Part shown: positions 38,253-48,106 of the stretch, in pieces
Layout of the letters: each line of letters begins with the position of its first letter
Numbering within the stretch: position 1 is the first letter of the stretch
Virus record (IMG/VR): IMGVR_UViG_3300024999_000029
Coordinates: 124,001-188,000 of that record
Reading direction: 5' to 3' (one strand)
DNA length: 64,000 bases
The notes under the pieces: generated by a model
Told to the model about the DNA's origin: nothing
Database searches by the model: none
Seen by the model: only the letters and a program-made list of their open reading frames with translations
Made by a program: the position numbers and the translations under genes

Positions 38253-38467
38253 TAAATAACCTCCTTGATGTCTATAATCTCATTATTTTTAAATATTAAT
38301 GGCATATTTATTTGATTTGCTTTTGTTGCCTTTTTAACTATTTCATTAGATTCTTCACTACTCAGTGATTCTAAAAGTTTATATTCAAAATCTATATTTT
38401 TGCTAGTTAACATATTTTTAATCACAGTGCATCTACTACAACCTTTTCTGCCAATTATTAGATACAT
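38252..38467 (-). CDS. Glutaredoxin-like protein (NrdH-like)
   Basis: GCSRC redox motif, NMPLI; coupled to nrdD. Confidence 0.8.
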   Translation of the reverse strand: MYLIIGRKGCSRCTVIKNMLTSKNIDFEYKLLESLSSEESNEIVKKATKANQINMPLIFKNNEIIDIKEVI

Positions 38468-38662
38468 TAATTGTCTCCTAAGTTTATTTTAATTTTTCTT
38501 TTAATCCCTCTTTAAAATCTTTTAATAACATCATTACTTCAATTCCAATGTCTTTGTTATCTAATCTTTCATTAATAAATTCAAGATAATATTCGTCTAC
38601 AATTTCTAATTTTATAGCTTTGGCAACACTAAACATATAGTCCTCCTGTTTTATATTTTAGT

Positions 38663-38884
38663 TTAATGAATTTCTTTAGAAGAATTAGTTTTTGTATTGC
38701 TCATCAATTGCAACATCTCTAAACCACGAATAGAATCTAATACTAACTCTCCAGAAGAATAAACTAATCCGCCAATATCATTTAATGTTTTTTCCGTGGC
38801 ATCCTGCAATAGATAATTATAAATTTTTGTCAATCTTGTGTTTACCATCTTCAAATCTTCCAATACGGCATTTCTAATACTCAT
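38663..38884 (-). CDS. Hypothetical protein
   Basis: Follows promoter-like TTGACT-N16-TATAAT on the minus strand (about 38909-38936). Confidence 0.55.
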   Translation of the reverse strand: MSIRNAVLEDLKMVNTRLTKIYNYLLQDATEKTLNDIGGLVYSSGELVLDSIRGLEMLQLMSNTKTNSSKEIH

Positions 38885-39173
38885 AAACTTATCTCCTCTT
38901 CGTATTAAATTATATACTATTTATCAGTAAAGTCAATAACTATTTTATATTTTAGTTTATTGACTTTTGAATGAAAACAGAGTTTAATCGAAATCTTCTT
39001 CTGAAAAACTTACGCCAGCGTCTTCAAGTTCACCTTCAAGGTAATTTATATATGCTTTCATTTCCCTTTTATTAGACTCTAACTTTTTAACTTCACGTTC
39101 TATGTTGTCTATCACATTTTTAAGGTCATTAAAATTAGTTACCCATTCTCGCAATTGCATAATGTTCTCCTCT

Positions 39174-39476
39174 CTACATTTCTAAACATTTTAAAATTTC
39201 AGTAAGATTATCCTCAATTACTTTGGCAATTTTACTTAACTCATCTAATTCATTGACATATAAATTTCCTTGAAATAGCTCCGCATCAAACTTTACTATA
39301 TATTCTTCTTTTGATTCTTTTAAATTTTCTGTATATATCTTTTCTTTGCTAATTGATATTGGCACTTTTCTTTCCCAAATATTAAATACTATTTCTTTCT
39401 CATAAATAATTATTTCTAGATCTGCATATTTTGGATCTCCAATAATTTTTCTTATCTGTTGAATTATGTTTATCAT
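39174..39476 (-). CDS. Hypothetical protein
   Basis: SD aaggaga. Confidence 0.6.
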   Translation of the reverse strand: MINIIQQIRKIIGDPKYADLEIIIYEKEIVFNIWERKVPISISKEKIYTENLKESKEEYIVKFDAELFQGNLYVNELDELSKIAKVIEDNLTEILKCLEM

Positions 39477-39535
39477 AGCTTCTCCTTTTAATTATGGCTA
39501 ATTTACCATATTTAAACCTCTCGAATTCGATAGGT

Positions 39536-39745
39536 TTAAATCATATTTTTCATGTCGTAATTGTCTCTTATGTAGTCTACTAGCTCGTTCATTTTGGAAA
39601 TTACATGCTCATCATTTTTGATACAAGGGTGCAAGTGCAGCATACAGGAATTTTCTTTACCCTTAGTTCTAAAATATTGATAGTTGAAGTTTATAAATAG
39701 TAAAGGAATTTCTGTAAGATTTTTAGTAAATAGTCTTTTAAGCAT
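39536..39745 (-). CDS. Hypothetical protein
   Basis: SD aaaggaga before the internal Met. Confidence 0.6.
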   Translation of the reverse strand: MLKRLFTKNLTEIPLLFINFNYQYFRTKGKENSCMLHLHPCIKNDEHVISKMNELVDYIRDNYDMKNMI

Positions 39746-39799
39746 GGCTTCTCCTTTCATTTAAATGATTATATTTTAATTTAGATAAATTATTTTTTA

Positions 39800-40069
39800 C
39801 TACAAAATTAAGACAGATTGTTTTTTTAGTGTACTTAAATACTGCTTTCCTTTTTCAGTTATAAAAATGTAGTCATTGTCAATCTCTAGCCTTCCAATAA
39901 GAACATTTGTCTCGATTAAGTCATCCAAACTCACATTAGCATTAAAGAAAAAAGTGCTGGCATATTTAGTGTTTAAATTATCAATCAATGCCCCAATCGT
40001 TATTCCACCTGATGAACTAATAATATCGAACACACCGCATGTTTTTTCTTCTAGCATTGTTACACACAT
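39800..40069 (-). CDS. Hypothetical protein (possibly winged helix)
   Basis: C-terminal IFITEKGKQYL wing-like motif. Confidence 0.5.
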   Translation of the reverse strand: MCVTMLEEKTCGVFDIISSSGGITIGALIDNLNTKYASTFFFNANVSLDDLIETNVLIGRLEIDNDYIFITEKGKQYLSTLKKQSVLIL

Positions 40070-40124
40070 ATTATACCTCCTTATATTTAAACGATTATAT
40101 TTTCATTAAATTGATTATTTCGCC

Positions 40125-40409
40125 TTAATTTAGTTGATTTCCTATATTCTTTATCTCATCTCTAACTTCTTTTAATATTTCTTTAAATTCCTTCAATGTA
40201 ACTAATCCTTCTTTATCTACCTTTTCAGCTACAAATAGCTTAGATAGCTTTTCAAGCAAGTTATCCCAATTGCCAAAATACCCTTCAGATGTCCATACTA
40301 CCGTTTTCTCTTTTGTGGTTTTATTTACACTAATGCCTCTTCTTTGTAGTGTGAATTGCTTATCCTCTACATCTACTCTGTAATCGTCTGTAAGTGTTAC
40401 TGCTCCCAT
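40125..40409 (-). CDS. Hypothetical protein
   Basis: SD aaggaga before MGAVTL. Confidence 0.6.
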   Translation of the reverse strand: MGAVTLTDDYRVDVEDKQFTLQRRGISVNKTTKEKTVVWTSEGYFGNWDNLLEKLSKLFVAEKVDKEGLVTLKEFKEILKEVRDEIKNIGNQLN

Positions 40410-40633
40410 AATTTGCTCTCCTTTTATATTTTTATTTAATCTAAATCTCTTTTGTCGCATTGTTTTTCTTCATCCCACCATCCTCCAGCTTGTTCTTGAG
40501 GTGAGCATGGGTTATCTTTTCTTTCTTCAAGTATATCTAAATAACAGTCTGATTGTGATTTTCCATTATATAAACTTTTTCTATAAGCTTCGCTCCAACA
40601 TTTTTCACACATCAGTATTTTCTCCTATCTTTA

Positions 40634-40750
40634 TTGACTTTTGACTAATATATGCTATAATAATATTACCTTGACTCCCTACAGGGGTTCAAAGTACATT
40701 TAAGATTTATGATTGGAGTGTGGAAGTATATCACACTCCAATTGTAGTTT
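40634..40750 (+). ncRNA. Candidate counter-oriented small RNA with SigA promoter
   Basis: TTGACT (40634), N16, TG-n-TATAAT (40656); about 85 nt ending in the 11-bp hairpin attggagtgtg/cacactccaat. Confidence 0.45.
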
Positions 40751-40771
40751 TGTATAAAATTAGGATTTGGT

Positions 40772-41056
40772 TTAATCTATAATTTTAATGTTTTTCCTTC
40801 TATCCATTTCTTCTGCTCTTTTATATGCGTCATCTAAATTATTATATAAACTCTTTGAATCATCTATAAAACAATAATTATTGTAATCTATTCTATAATT
40901 CCATATATTTGTAAAAGAAATAGACGATATTTTAGTTTTCACAATCCTGATTTTCCCAAATCTTTTATAAACATAATACACTGTTTGAAATGTATAAAAT
41001 TTAGGAGTATATACCTTTTCTTCTCCATCGTTTTCTATAACTAGCTTTATATTCAT
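40772..41056 (-). CDS. Hypothetical protein
   Basis: SD gagggga before MNIKLV. Confidence 0.6.
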   Translation of the reverse strand: MNIKLVIENDGEEKVYTPKFYTFQTVYYVYKRFGKIRIVKTKISSISFTNIWNYRIDYNNYCFIDDSKSLYNNLDDAYKRAEEMDRRKNIKIID

Positions 41057-41099
41057 ATTTTCTCCCCTCTTTTTATTTTTATAAAATTCTGTTTTTATC

Positions 41100-41396
41100 T
41101 TATTCTTCAGACTCAAAATATGATAAATCTTCGCCAACAAATGAGTCTAATATATTACATATATTTTTAATAAAGATGTTTGAGTATGACTTTATAAAAT
41201 CATCTAAGTTGCAAATTTCTTCATTGTCCCAATTTATACTACACTCATCTGTCGCAAGAGACATTCCGCCCATATCTTTATTCCCCAATAACTTTGTTTC
41301 TTCAACTATTTCTAAAATAACTTCATCTAAATCCCAACCTTCTTGTTGTTGTAGAAAATCTTTAACTGCCATTAGTGTTTTTTTATTTGCTCTCAT
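41100..41396 (-). CDS. Hypothetical protein
   Basis: SD aaggaga. Confidence 0.6.
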   Translation of the reverse strand: MRANKKTLMAVKDFLQQQEGWDLDEVILEIVEETKLLGNKDMGGMSLATDECSINWDNEEICNLDDFIKSYSNIFIKNICNILDSFVGEDLSYFESEE

Positions 41397-41432
41397 GATT
41401 CTTCTCCTTTTTGTTAAAATTTTGGATTTATC

Positions 41433-42461
41433 TTATTTTATATTTTGTTTATTTAAGTAGCTTAATATATGTACAATTACATCTACTGTCCAACCATTAC
41501 CTATACATTTATAAGCTTCAGATATTGGAATACAATTTGTATATCCTTCTGGCAGCGTTTGCAATCTCTCACATTCTAATCTTGTTAATTTTCTTATATT
41601 TTTTTTAATAAATTCATCATTATCATAATTAACAAGTATGTCACTTTCATTTTCTCCAACGTAATATAGCCCCGTTTTTGCACCTCTGCCGCCGCCATTA
41701 GCCGACAAACACACTGATTTACCACTAACCGAATAAATTCTATCTCCTTGACCTCCTGTATTAAAATGCCCTAATCTGATAGGCTTACTTCTTAATACAA
41801 AATTGTCTACTTTCTTTTGTAACCAATGCTCAAAGCCCTTAACGGTCAAACCTTGTTTTCCACTAACGGTCAAACCTTGTTTTCCACTAACGGTCAAACA
41901 ATAAGCTTTATTAGATAAAGCTAACCCGTCTTCTAAAATATCTTGCAATATTATATTTTTATCATCTGGTTGTTCTATTTTCCCAATATTAGTCCAATAA
42001 CATCTCAACCTTTGTTGTGCTGATACTAGCGAAGAATTTATTAGAACTGGTGACACGCCTAAATCATTGGTAATAACGTCCTCCCATTCCTTTTTCATTC
42101 TCACATTTTCTAACATGAATGACACATTTGGATTATTATTTTGTTGTACCCATTTTAGTATTCTACTATATTCATAATATAGTCCACTTTTACCGTCAAA
42201 TCCAGTCCTCAGACCAGCGTTACTAAATGTCTGGCAGGGACTGCCTCCAATAAGTATATCTATCTTAGGTAAATTTGATAGTATCGTATTATCAATTAAA
42301 GTAATATCTCCTAATTGAATGATATCTGGATAATTATTTATAGCTACTTTTATTGGATTTTGTTCAATTTCACTGGAGTAATATTTATCAACTTTTATTC
42401 CCATTCTATCGAATGCTACTCTTCCACACTCAATTCCCCCAAACAGACTTAATACATTCAT
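41433..42461 (-). CDS. C5-cytosine DNA methyltransferase
   Basis: LSLFGGIECG, GGSPCQ, ENV, QQRLRCYW and CERLQTLP...IGNGW motifs. Confidence 0.92.
   Translation of the reverse strand: MNVLSLFGGIECGRVAFDRMGIKVDKYYSSEIEQNPIKVAINNYPDIIQLGDITLIDNTILSNLPKIDILIGGSPCQTFSNAGLRTGFDGKSGLYYEYSRILKWVQQNNNPNVSFMLENVRMKKEWEDVITNDLGVSPVLINSSLVSAQQRLRCYWTNIGKIEQPDDKNIILQDILEDGLALSNKAYCLTVSGKQGLTVSGKQGLTVKGFEHWLQKKVDNFVLRSKPIRLGHFNTGGQGDRIYSVSGKSVCLSANGGGRGAKTGLYYVGENESDILVNYDNDEFIKKNIRKLTRLECERLQTLPEGYTNCIPISEAYKCIGNGWTVDVIVHILSYLNKQNIK
41841..41899. repeat. 24-bp tandem repeat (about 2.5 copies) in the MTase variable region
   Basis: aacggtcaaaccttgttttccact x2 plus a partial copy; encodes LTVSGKQG repeats. 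Confidence 0.95.
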
Positions 42462-42814
42462 TGATGTACCTCTCTTTTATATTTTATTTCATTAAAATTT
42501 CAGTTTTATTCTATATATTTTAGTTTCTCAAATGTGTCTAAATCAGGGTTTGCGGTCAACAATATCTCCCATAATGCCGATACGTAGTCTGAATTATCAT
42601 CAAAATATAGGACATTATTTGCAATTCTATAAACTTCATCTAACTTTTCTTTGATATCTAGCATATTTACCTCCATAATTATTCTCTACAGGCTCTAACA
42701 ATCATTGCAATGGCTGCACCTAAGCCTAACAGTGGGATCCATCCAAAGAACATAAATAGTTGTAAAGTAGTGGCTGTATTATTGTCCATTGTTTACTCCT
42801 TTCAATGAAAATCA

Positions 42815-43453
42815 TCATTTATTTATATCTTCTTCACATTTCAGACATATGTGTTCACACAATTGAGGCGGTATAACACCTCTATCTTTTGCATTTTTTA
42901 ATCCTTGCGTGCCAGTTCTTGATCCTCTTGGCGCAGCTTCATGGCAAGGATCTCCATTCTTGCACATTGGTTTGAAATTTGGTTCGTTAACATTAGTCCA
43001 TATATCTGTTGGCTTCATTCTTGTGTCGCCATACTGACAATATGTAACTGTATATCTTAGTAACTCTTGCATAAACGGCATCTTTCTTAACATGCCCCTC
43101 GGATTCTCAATAAAATAATATTTAGGATTTAATTCTCTAATTAGGTTTATAGTATGTATTACTATTCTTTTCGCAAGTTCTGCTTCTTCGTTTTTAGAAA
43201 TTACATTATTACCATCTTTAATCCAATTTCTGCCTATTGAAGCTACACTAAATTTTGTACAAGGTGGGCTTGCCCAAATAACATCTGGTCTACCAAATTT
43301 CTCAATTATCATTTCAGCAGTCAAATCCATTACATTAATACACAAATCTGGATTCATTGATTCTTCTAAATCAACTGTATATGCATCGTGACCTCTAGCA
43401 TTAAAAACTTTAGTAATACTTTTTGTCCCACAAAATAACTCTAATAATTTCAT
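42815..43453 (-). CDS. Short C5-type DNA methyltransferase
   Basis: LELFCGTKS, WASPPCT, IENP and KPTDIW motifs. Confidence 0.8.
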   Translation of the reverse strand: MKLLELFCGTKSITKVFNARGHDAYTVDLEESMNPDLCINVMDLTAEMIIEKFGRPDVIWASPPCTKFSVASIGRNWIKDGNNVISKNEEAELAKRIVIHTINLIRELNPKYYFIENPRGMLRKMPFMQELLRYTVTYCQYGDTRMKPTDIWTNVNEPNFKPMCKNGDPCHEAAPRGSRTGTQGLKNAKDRGVIPPQLCEHICLKCEEDINK

Positions 43454-43686
43454 TTATTCCTCACTCTTTTATATTTTAGTTTATTACAATAAAACTTTAC
43501 TTTTAATTAAATTCTTAGCTACTTATCCTAAGGCTTTCTCTACTTCTTCCATATATTTTTCAGTATTTTCGTTTATTTTTTCTCTCAACAAACTATTGAT
43601 TGATTGAGAGAAAGTTTCATTTCTACACATTGCCCGAAATAATATGTAATCATTTATTTCTTTTTCAATCTTAATTATTTTTAACA

Positions 43687-43872
43687 TTACATCCTGCTTT
43701 CTATAGTCTTTATTTTATTAGAATTTCCAAAAGTACTTACAGGCTTAATTTCTTCCACGCCACAATCAATAGCCATTTTTTCAAATTCTTCAATAGTTAA
43801 ATTATTAAAGAATTCGTCAATCATTTTTATTCTTTCATTATGATCATGTAACTTATCCAATTCTTTAGTCAT
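43687..43872 (-). CDS. Hypothetical protein
   Basis: Packed minus-strand ORF. Confidence 0.5.
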   Translation of the reverse strand: MTKELDKLHDHNERIKMIDEFFNNLTIEEFEKMAIDCGVEEIKPVSTFGNSNKIKTIESRM

Positions 43873-43900
43873 ATTTCCCTTTCCCAATAAAAGTTAGCTT

Positions 43901-44548
43901 TTATATTGTTTGTAGACTTCTATGATAATCTATCCATTCTTGACTTTCTAAATTTTCTGCTACGACAATATCAAAATATTCTTTCCTCATATCTTGCAAT
44001 GTAAACTTTTCAATCTTTCTCTTTTTAAAGTTCTTATTAACTTTCTGAATTATAGTTGCATTGTTCATCGGATAAAGCTTAGTCAATCTTTCTTTTTCCG
44101 CTATAGCTTCTTTTTCTAGCCTAATTAATTCAGCTTCAGCCCTCTTTTTCAATTCTTCCTCTTCATCAATAACATTTTCCAAATCAATCTCTAAAGTAAT
44201 CCATTTATTTTCGGCATGAGCGGGAATAATCTCTTCAGGTATCAAAATTTCTTTAATTTCATAAAATTCATAAGGATCTTTGTCATAATTATAATCTGTA
44301 AAATATGAACCACTTCTTGATACACCACGAGATACCCCAAAATTAAACGACTGTATTTCTTTATATTTTTCATCTATTTCTATTAATTGACCTTCTTCGT
44401 TTTTATACTGATACTTACCTTGATCGTCCCATGAATCATCTCCAACTTCTTTGAACATATAAGTCTTGCCATCATGCTCATACATAAAATCATCTAGATC
44501 TAATTTGCCTAATTCTTTAACTATTTTTGAAAACAATTTAATATCCAT
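43901..44548 (-). CDS. Hypothetical protein
   Basis: 215-aa acidic ORF; SD aaggaga. Confidence 0.65.
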   Translation of the reverse strand: MDIKLFSKIVKELGKLDLDDFMYEHDGKTYMFKEVGDDSWDDQGKYQYKNEEGQLIEIDEKYKEIQSFNFGVSRGVSRSGSYFTDYNYDKDPYEFYEIKEILIPEEIIPAHAENKWITLEIDLENVIDEEEELKKRAEAELIRLEKEAIAEKERLTKLYPMNNATIIQKVNKNFKKRKIEKFTLQDMRKEYFDIVVAENLESQEWIDYHRSLQTI

Positions 44549-44566
44549 CTTATTTCTCCTTTAATT

Positions 44567-44821
44567 TTAATTATCGTATTTACATATGAATCCAGAAATG
44601 TTTTGTGGGAAATTACCTTCATATTCAGTCTTTAAAACGTCTTCATAATTCAAAGATATCTCTTTCATATCCTCTAATTTGAAATTATACATTTTTGACA
44701 GTTTAATGAAGTGTTGAATTCTACTATAACCTTGGTTTAAAGTATGACCTTCTTGAACCAATTCTCCGTTAACATACAATCCTTCCCAATCGTCTGATTT
44801 TAATAATATTGCTTTATTCAT
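44567..44821 (-). CDS. Hypothetical protein
   Basis: DDWEGLYVNGELVQEGH motif typical of small phage proteins. Confidence 0.6.
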   Translation of the reverse strand: MNKAILLKSDDWEGLYVNGELVQEGHTLNQGYSRIQHFIKLSKMYNFKLEDMKEISLNYEDVLKTEYEGNFPQNISGFICKYDN

Positions 44822-45029
44822 TTTCACCCTCCTCATCTTTATAATAACTTTCTATATCTGGTATCCCAGTACATTTAGTACAATTACAAGAAGGCTTATA
44901 AATTTCATCTATTCGTTTAGCATACCATTTATAATTCATTTCATCTGCCGTTTTACTAGCTCCATATGGGTCTTCCATTGCGTAAGCAAAATCCTTTAAC
45001 ACTTCAATAACCCTATCTTTATCAGCCAT
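44814..45029 (-). CDS. Hypothetical protein
   Basis: Overlapping coupled ORF. Confidence 0.55.
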   Translation of the reverse strand: MADKDRVIEVLKDFAYAMEDPYGASKTADEMNYKWYAKRIDEIYKPSCNCTKCTGIPDIESYYKDEEGENE

Positions 45030-45528
45030 ATAATCCCCCTTTTAATATTTCTAATGCTTTATTTTTTACATCTTCTGTCAGTCCAGTTTTCCAACGAGTT
45101 TTAGCTAATTTTGTACCCACAAATTCGCCCATATCATAAGAATCATCATCTAACACTAAAAAGTTATCTATACCCAACTCTTTATTATCTTCTAACCACT
45201 TTTTAATTTGATTGCACCTTAAATCATGTATATTTGTAGTAACTCCTATAACCCTTTCATCTAACCCATATTCTTTTAAATTGCTTATGAGTTTCAACCA
45301 ATGTCTGCTATCTGGATATCCCAATCTCCACGTAGATGAAACAACTATCTTGGCATCTGATTTCTCTACAATTTCTTTAAGATTATTCATATATTCTTCA
45401 GGGAAAATTGCAGTAAAGTCTTCATGTGGTACACCTTCACCGTTTTCTTTTACAAAAGCTTCATAATGTCTAACTATTGATTCTTCACTATTTAAAACTC
45501 CATCTACATCTAAAAATATAATCTTCAT
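45022..45528 (-). CDS. HAD-domain protein (HAD_SAK_2, RNA-repair-associated type)
   Basis: IFLDVDGVLNS, IVVSSTWR and LVLDD motifs. Confidence 0.75.
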   Translation of the reverse strand: MKIIFLDVDGVLNSEESIVRHYEAFVKENGEGVPHEDFTAIFPEEYMNNLKEIVEKSDAKIVVSSTWRLGYPDSRHWLKLISNLKEYGLDERVIGVTTNIHDLRCNQIKKWLEDNKELGIDNFLVLDDDSYDMGEFVGTKLAKTRWKTGLTEDVKNKALEILKGGLYG

Positions 45529-45540
45529 ATAATCCCCCCT

Positions 45541-45879
45541 TCAATAATCAAATTTAGAAAACTCTATAAAATTTACTGCCTTATCATCAATATAAATATC
45601 AGCACATACCTTTCGTGAAGCAAATCCTTTGAAATTTGGTATAGGATATTCATTAACAAAATCAACAGGAATTTTATTTTTCTTACACCATTCAACTGCT
45701 TCGGTAAGATATTTTCTTTCTTCTAAATCTTCTCTACATGTCCATAGTATAATATTTGCTCCTTTGTTTTTAACTTTTCTAACATAATCAATTACTTTTT
45801 GATGTTCTTCCTCTATTTCCCCAATTTCGGGAAATCTATGATCACATAAAGTACCATCAAAGTCCACAGCAATTACCAT
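45541..45879 (-). CDS. Minimal HAD phosphatase-like protein
   Basis: IAVDFDGTL, ILWTCR and YIDDKA motifs. Confidence 0.75.
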   Translation of the reverse strand: MVIAVDFDGTLCDHRFPEIGEIEEEHQKVIDYVRKVKNKGANIILWTCREDLEERKYLTEAVEWCKKNKIPVDFVNEYPIPNFKGFASRKVCADIYIDDKAVNFIEFSKFDY

Positions 45880-45912
45880 TTTAATAACCTCACTTTCAAT
45901 AAAACCTGATTT

Positions 45913-46260
45913 TTATTCTTCTTTATTTTGTAAATCAACCAATGCCTCATCTGCGTCTGATTTATTAGTAGATATAATTACTTCTTTTTCATATAGAAAA
46001 TAATCACTTTCAAAACTATCAGATTCTGTCTCTAAATATTGATTATTAGAAAAAATATACATTAATCCATCCTCGTCATAAGTTATACCTTTTAGATAAA
46101 CCTCGTTTAATTGCCATCTATCTTCCCAAATAGGCTTGGTCTGATATTCTTCGTAATTTAATTCTTTCATTATATAAAGCTTTTCTTCTCCCACAGAAAC
46201 TAATTTTTTCGTCAAAATCCATAAGTGTTGTCCAATTTCATAAGGTATATCAATTTTCAT
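45913..46260 (-). CDS. Hypothetical protein
   Basis: SD gggagga. Confidence 0.6.
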   Translation of the reverse strand: MKIDIPYEIGQHLWILTKKLVSVGEEKLYIMKELNYEEYQTKPIWEDRWQLNEVYLKGITYDEDGLMYIFSNNQYLETESDSFESDYFLYEKEVIISTNKSDADEALVDLQNKEE

Positions 46261-46408
46261 TCTAATTCCTCCCTTTCTATAAAACTAGCACTTTATTGAG
46301 TTTATTCCTCTACGGGCAATAGCATTTCAGCCACCGCTTTTTCAAAAATTATGTCTGACCATTGTTCATAAGTGTTTTTCATTGATTTTATCCTATTTTA
46401 TATTTTAT

Positions 46409-46870
46409 TTAACTAAACTCTCTAGGAAATTGATATTCAATTGGACAATTTACCAATAAATCTAAAAATTCACATGCAGTAAACTCATCGCCATATTCAT
46501 TTATAACAACTTTTTCTTTACAGTTTTCTGTTAGTTTTAAAAGTTCACTTTTATGTTTCATTAATGTCCAAGTAAAAGAGCTACAACTACTTACTCCAGT
46601 TCTATTCAACCCTTGTTTATTAAATCCTAACTCAAGACCCATACTGCTACTTTCCAAAGATTCTTCTATCCTCTCTTTTCCACATGATGGACATTTTGAA
46701 TACCAATTAGATTCAGAATAGTGAATACTTCTTTCGCCATCCTTACATAAAGTTGTTCCACAATCCCAACAATATAACCCTGCTGCTGATCTTTTTCCTA
46801 TATGAACTTGAATATCGCCATTGTATTCATCATCTTTATATTTATCTTTCCAATAATAATTTGTTCCCAT
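46409..46870 (-). CDS. Hypothetical protein (MGTNYY...HIGKRS family, zinc-binding)
   Basis: CWDC and CPSC motifs. Confidence 0.65.
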   Translation of the reverse strand: MGTNYYWKDKYKDDEYNGDIQVHIGKRSAAGLYCWDCGTTLCKDGERSIHYSESNWYSKCPSCGKERIEESLESSSMGLELGFNKQGLNRTGVSSCSSFTWTLMKHKSELLKLTENCKEKVVINEYGDEFTACEFLDLLVNCPIEYQFPREFS

Positions 46871-47118
46871 TAACTACATACCTCCGCAACTAATTCATCT
46901 AAACTTTTATATTCTTTTTCAACGCCACATCCTAAGTATTCTTGTTTTTTCATATTATCATTTTCCTCGTATGTTACAAACTTATGAAAAATTGCAATCC
47001 CATCAACAAATATAATAATAATATTTATCAAATCTCCTACACTATTACAATCCGAATAAGCAAAATATTCTGTCCCTGCTGAATGTAATATTGATATAAA
47101 TTTCTCTAAATCAGTCAT
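46870..47118 (-). CDS. Hypothetical protein
   Basis: Coupled ORF. Confidence 0.5.
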   Translation of the reverse strand: MTDLEKFISILHSAGTEYFAYSDCNSVGDLINIIIIFVDGIAIFHKFVTYEENDNMKKQEYLGCGVEKEYKSLDELVAEVCS

Positions 47119-47215
47119 GTTTATATCCTCTCCTTTTAATATTTGATTTGATTTTAATGCAATTCTAAAATGTCATTTTATATTTTACTTTATTGTAATG
47201 AAATCAAGTTTTTGT

Positions 47216-47551
47216 TTACTTCCAAAATTCTTTTTTATACTTTCCAAACATATTTTTCTTTGCCATTATTGGTTTATCATTCTTATACAATGGTATAAAG
47301 TCTTTACAATTAACATCATATATAGCTTTGTCCGTTCCATTATTAAGTGTTATAAAAACAACATCATCAGTAATTAAACTTATATATGAGTAATTAAATA
47401 TTCCCTTCTCTCTGTATACACAAAGTTGACCTTCTATAAATTCTAATCCTTCATCTTCTTTTAGTTCATTTTCATCAAAACTAACTCGATGAATTGTTCC
47501 GTCATTCATAGTCATTGTAACCCCATAATTAACTGTATCTTTTTCTCCCAT
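47216..47551 (-). CDS. Hypothetical protein
   Basis: SD gaggga. Confidence 0.6.
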   Translation of the reverse strand: MGEKDTVNYGVTMTMNDGTIHRVSFDENELKEDEGLEFIEGQLCVYREKGIFNYSYISLITDDVVFITLNNGTDKAIYDVNCKDFIPLYKNDKPIMAKKNMFGKYKKEFWK

Positions 47552-47552
47552 A

Positions 47553-47840
47553 TTAATCTCCCTCTATAAAATCTGTACTAACTCCGCATTCTTTACATCT
47601 ATCCCATAACAAACTATCTTCATTACTATCTGTGTAGCCTAAATATTCACAACGGCATACTTTAACCCTACATGAAGTAGATGGCGTAGTCCAGCATTTA
47701 TCCTTATCTTTACAATCATTATTAGGGCAATTTATATTATATCTATTAAGCTCAATAACCTTAATAAACTTCCACCACTTGCAGTCATAACAATATATTG
47801 TATTTTTAGGTATCCACTTTTTCATTGCTCTTTTCTTCAT
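47553..47840 (-). CDS. Hypothetical Cys-rich protein
   Basis: Nine cysteines; LLWDRCKECG. Confidence 0.6.
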   Translation of the reverse strand: MKKRAMKKWIPKNTIYCYDCKWWKFIKVIELNRYNINCPNNDCKDKDKCWTTPSTSCRVKVCRCEYLGYTDSNEDSLLWDRCKECGVSTDFIEGD

Positions 47841-47878
47841 AATAACCTCATAAAACGAAAATTTTATTTTATTTTATT

Positions 47879-48067
47879 TTATTTTATTTTTTCATTATGA
47901 AAATAAAATTGCAATAGCCAAATTCCTAAAATTAATAATTCCATTTGAATAAGAGTATCCTTAGAAAACATGGGGTCTTTTAAACTTATATTGCTTGAAA
48001 ATATCATAAATCCAGTAAAACAAAATGTTGAAATAAACAATGCTAAAAATTTTAAAATAATTTTCAT
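47879..48067 (-). CDS. Small membrane protein
   Basis: Two hydrophobic segments. Confidence 0.55.
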   Translation of the reverse strand: MKIILKFLALFISTFCFTGFMIFSSNISLKDPMFSKDTLIQMELLILGIWLLQFYFHNEKIK

Positions 48068-48106
48068 ATTAACTCCTTTTATATTTTTATTAAAACAAGA
48101 ATTTAA

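Noticed and set aside
40688-40715. Resemblance of the candidate sRNA to a clostridial type I-B CRISPR repeat (RNA anti-CRISPR)
   Set aside because: Only about 60% identity to a remembered repeat in AT-rich sequence; needs the actual host repeat to evaluate.
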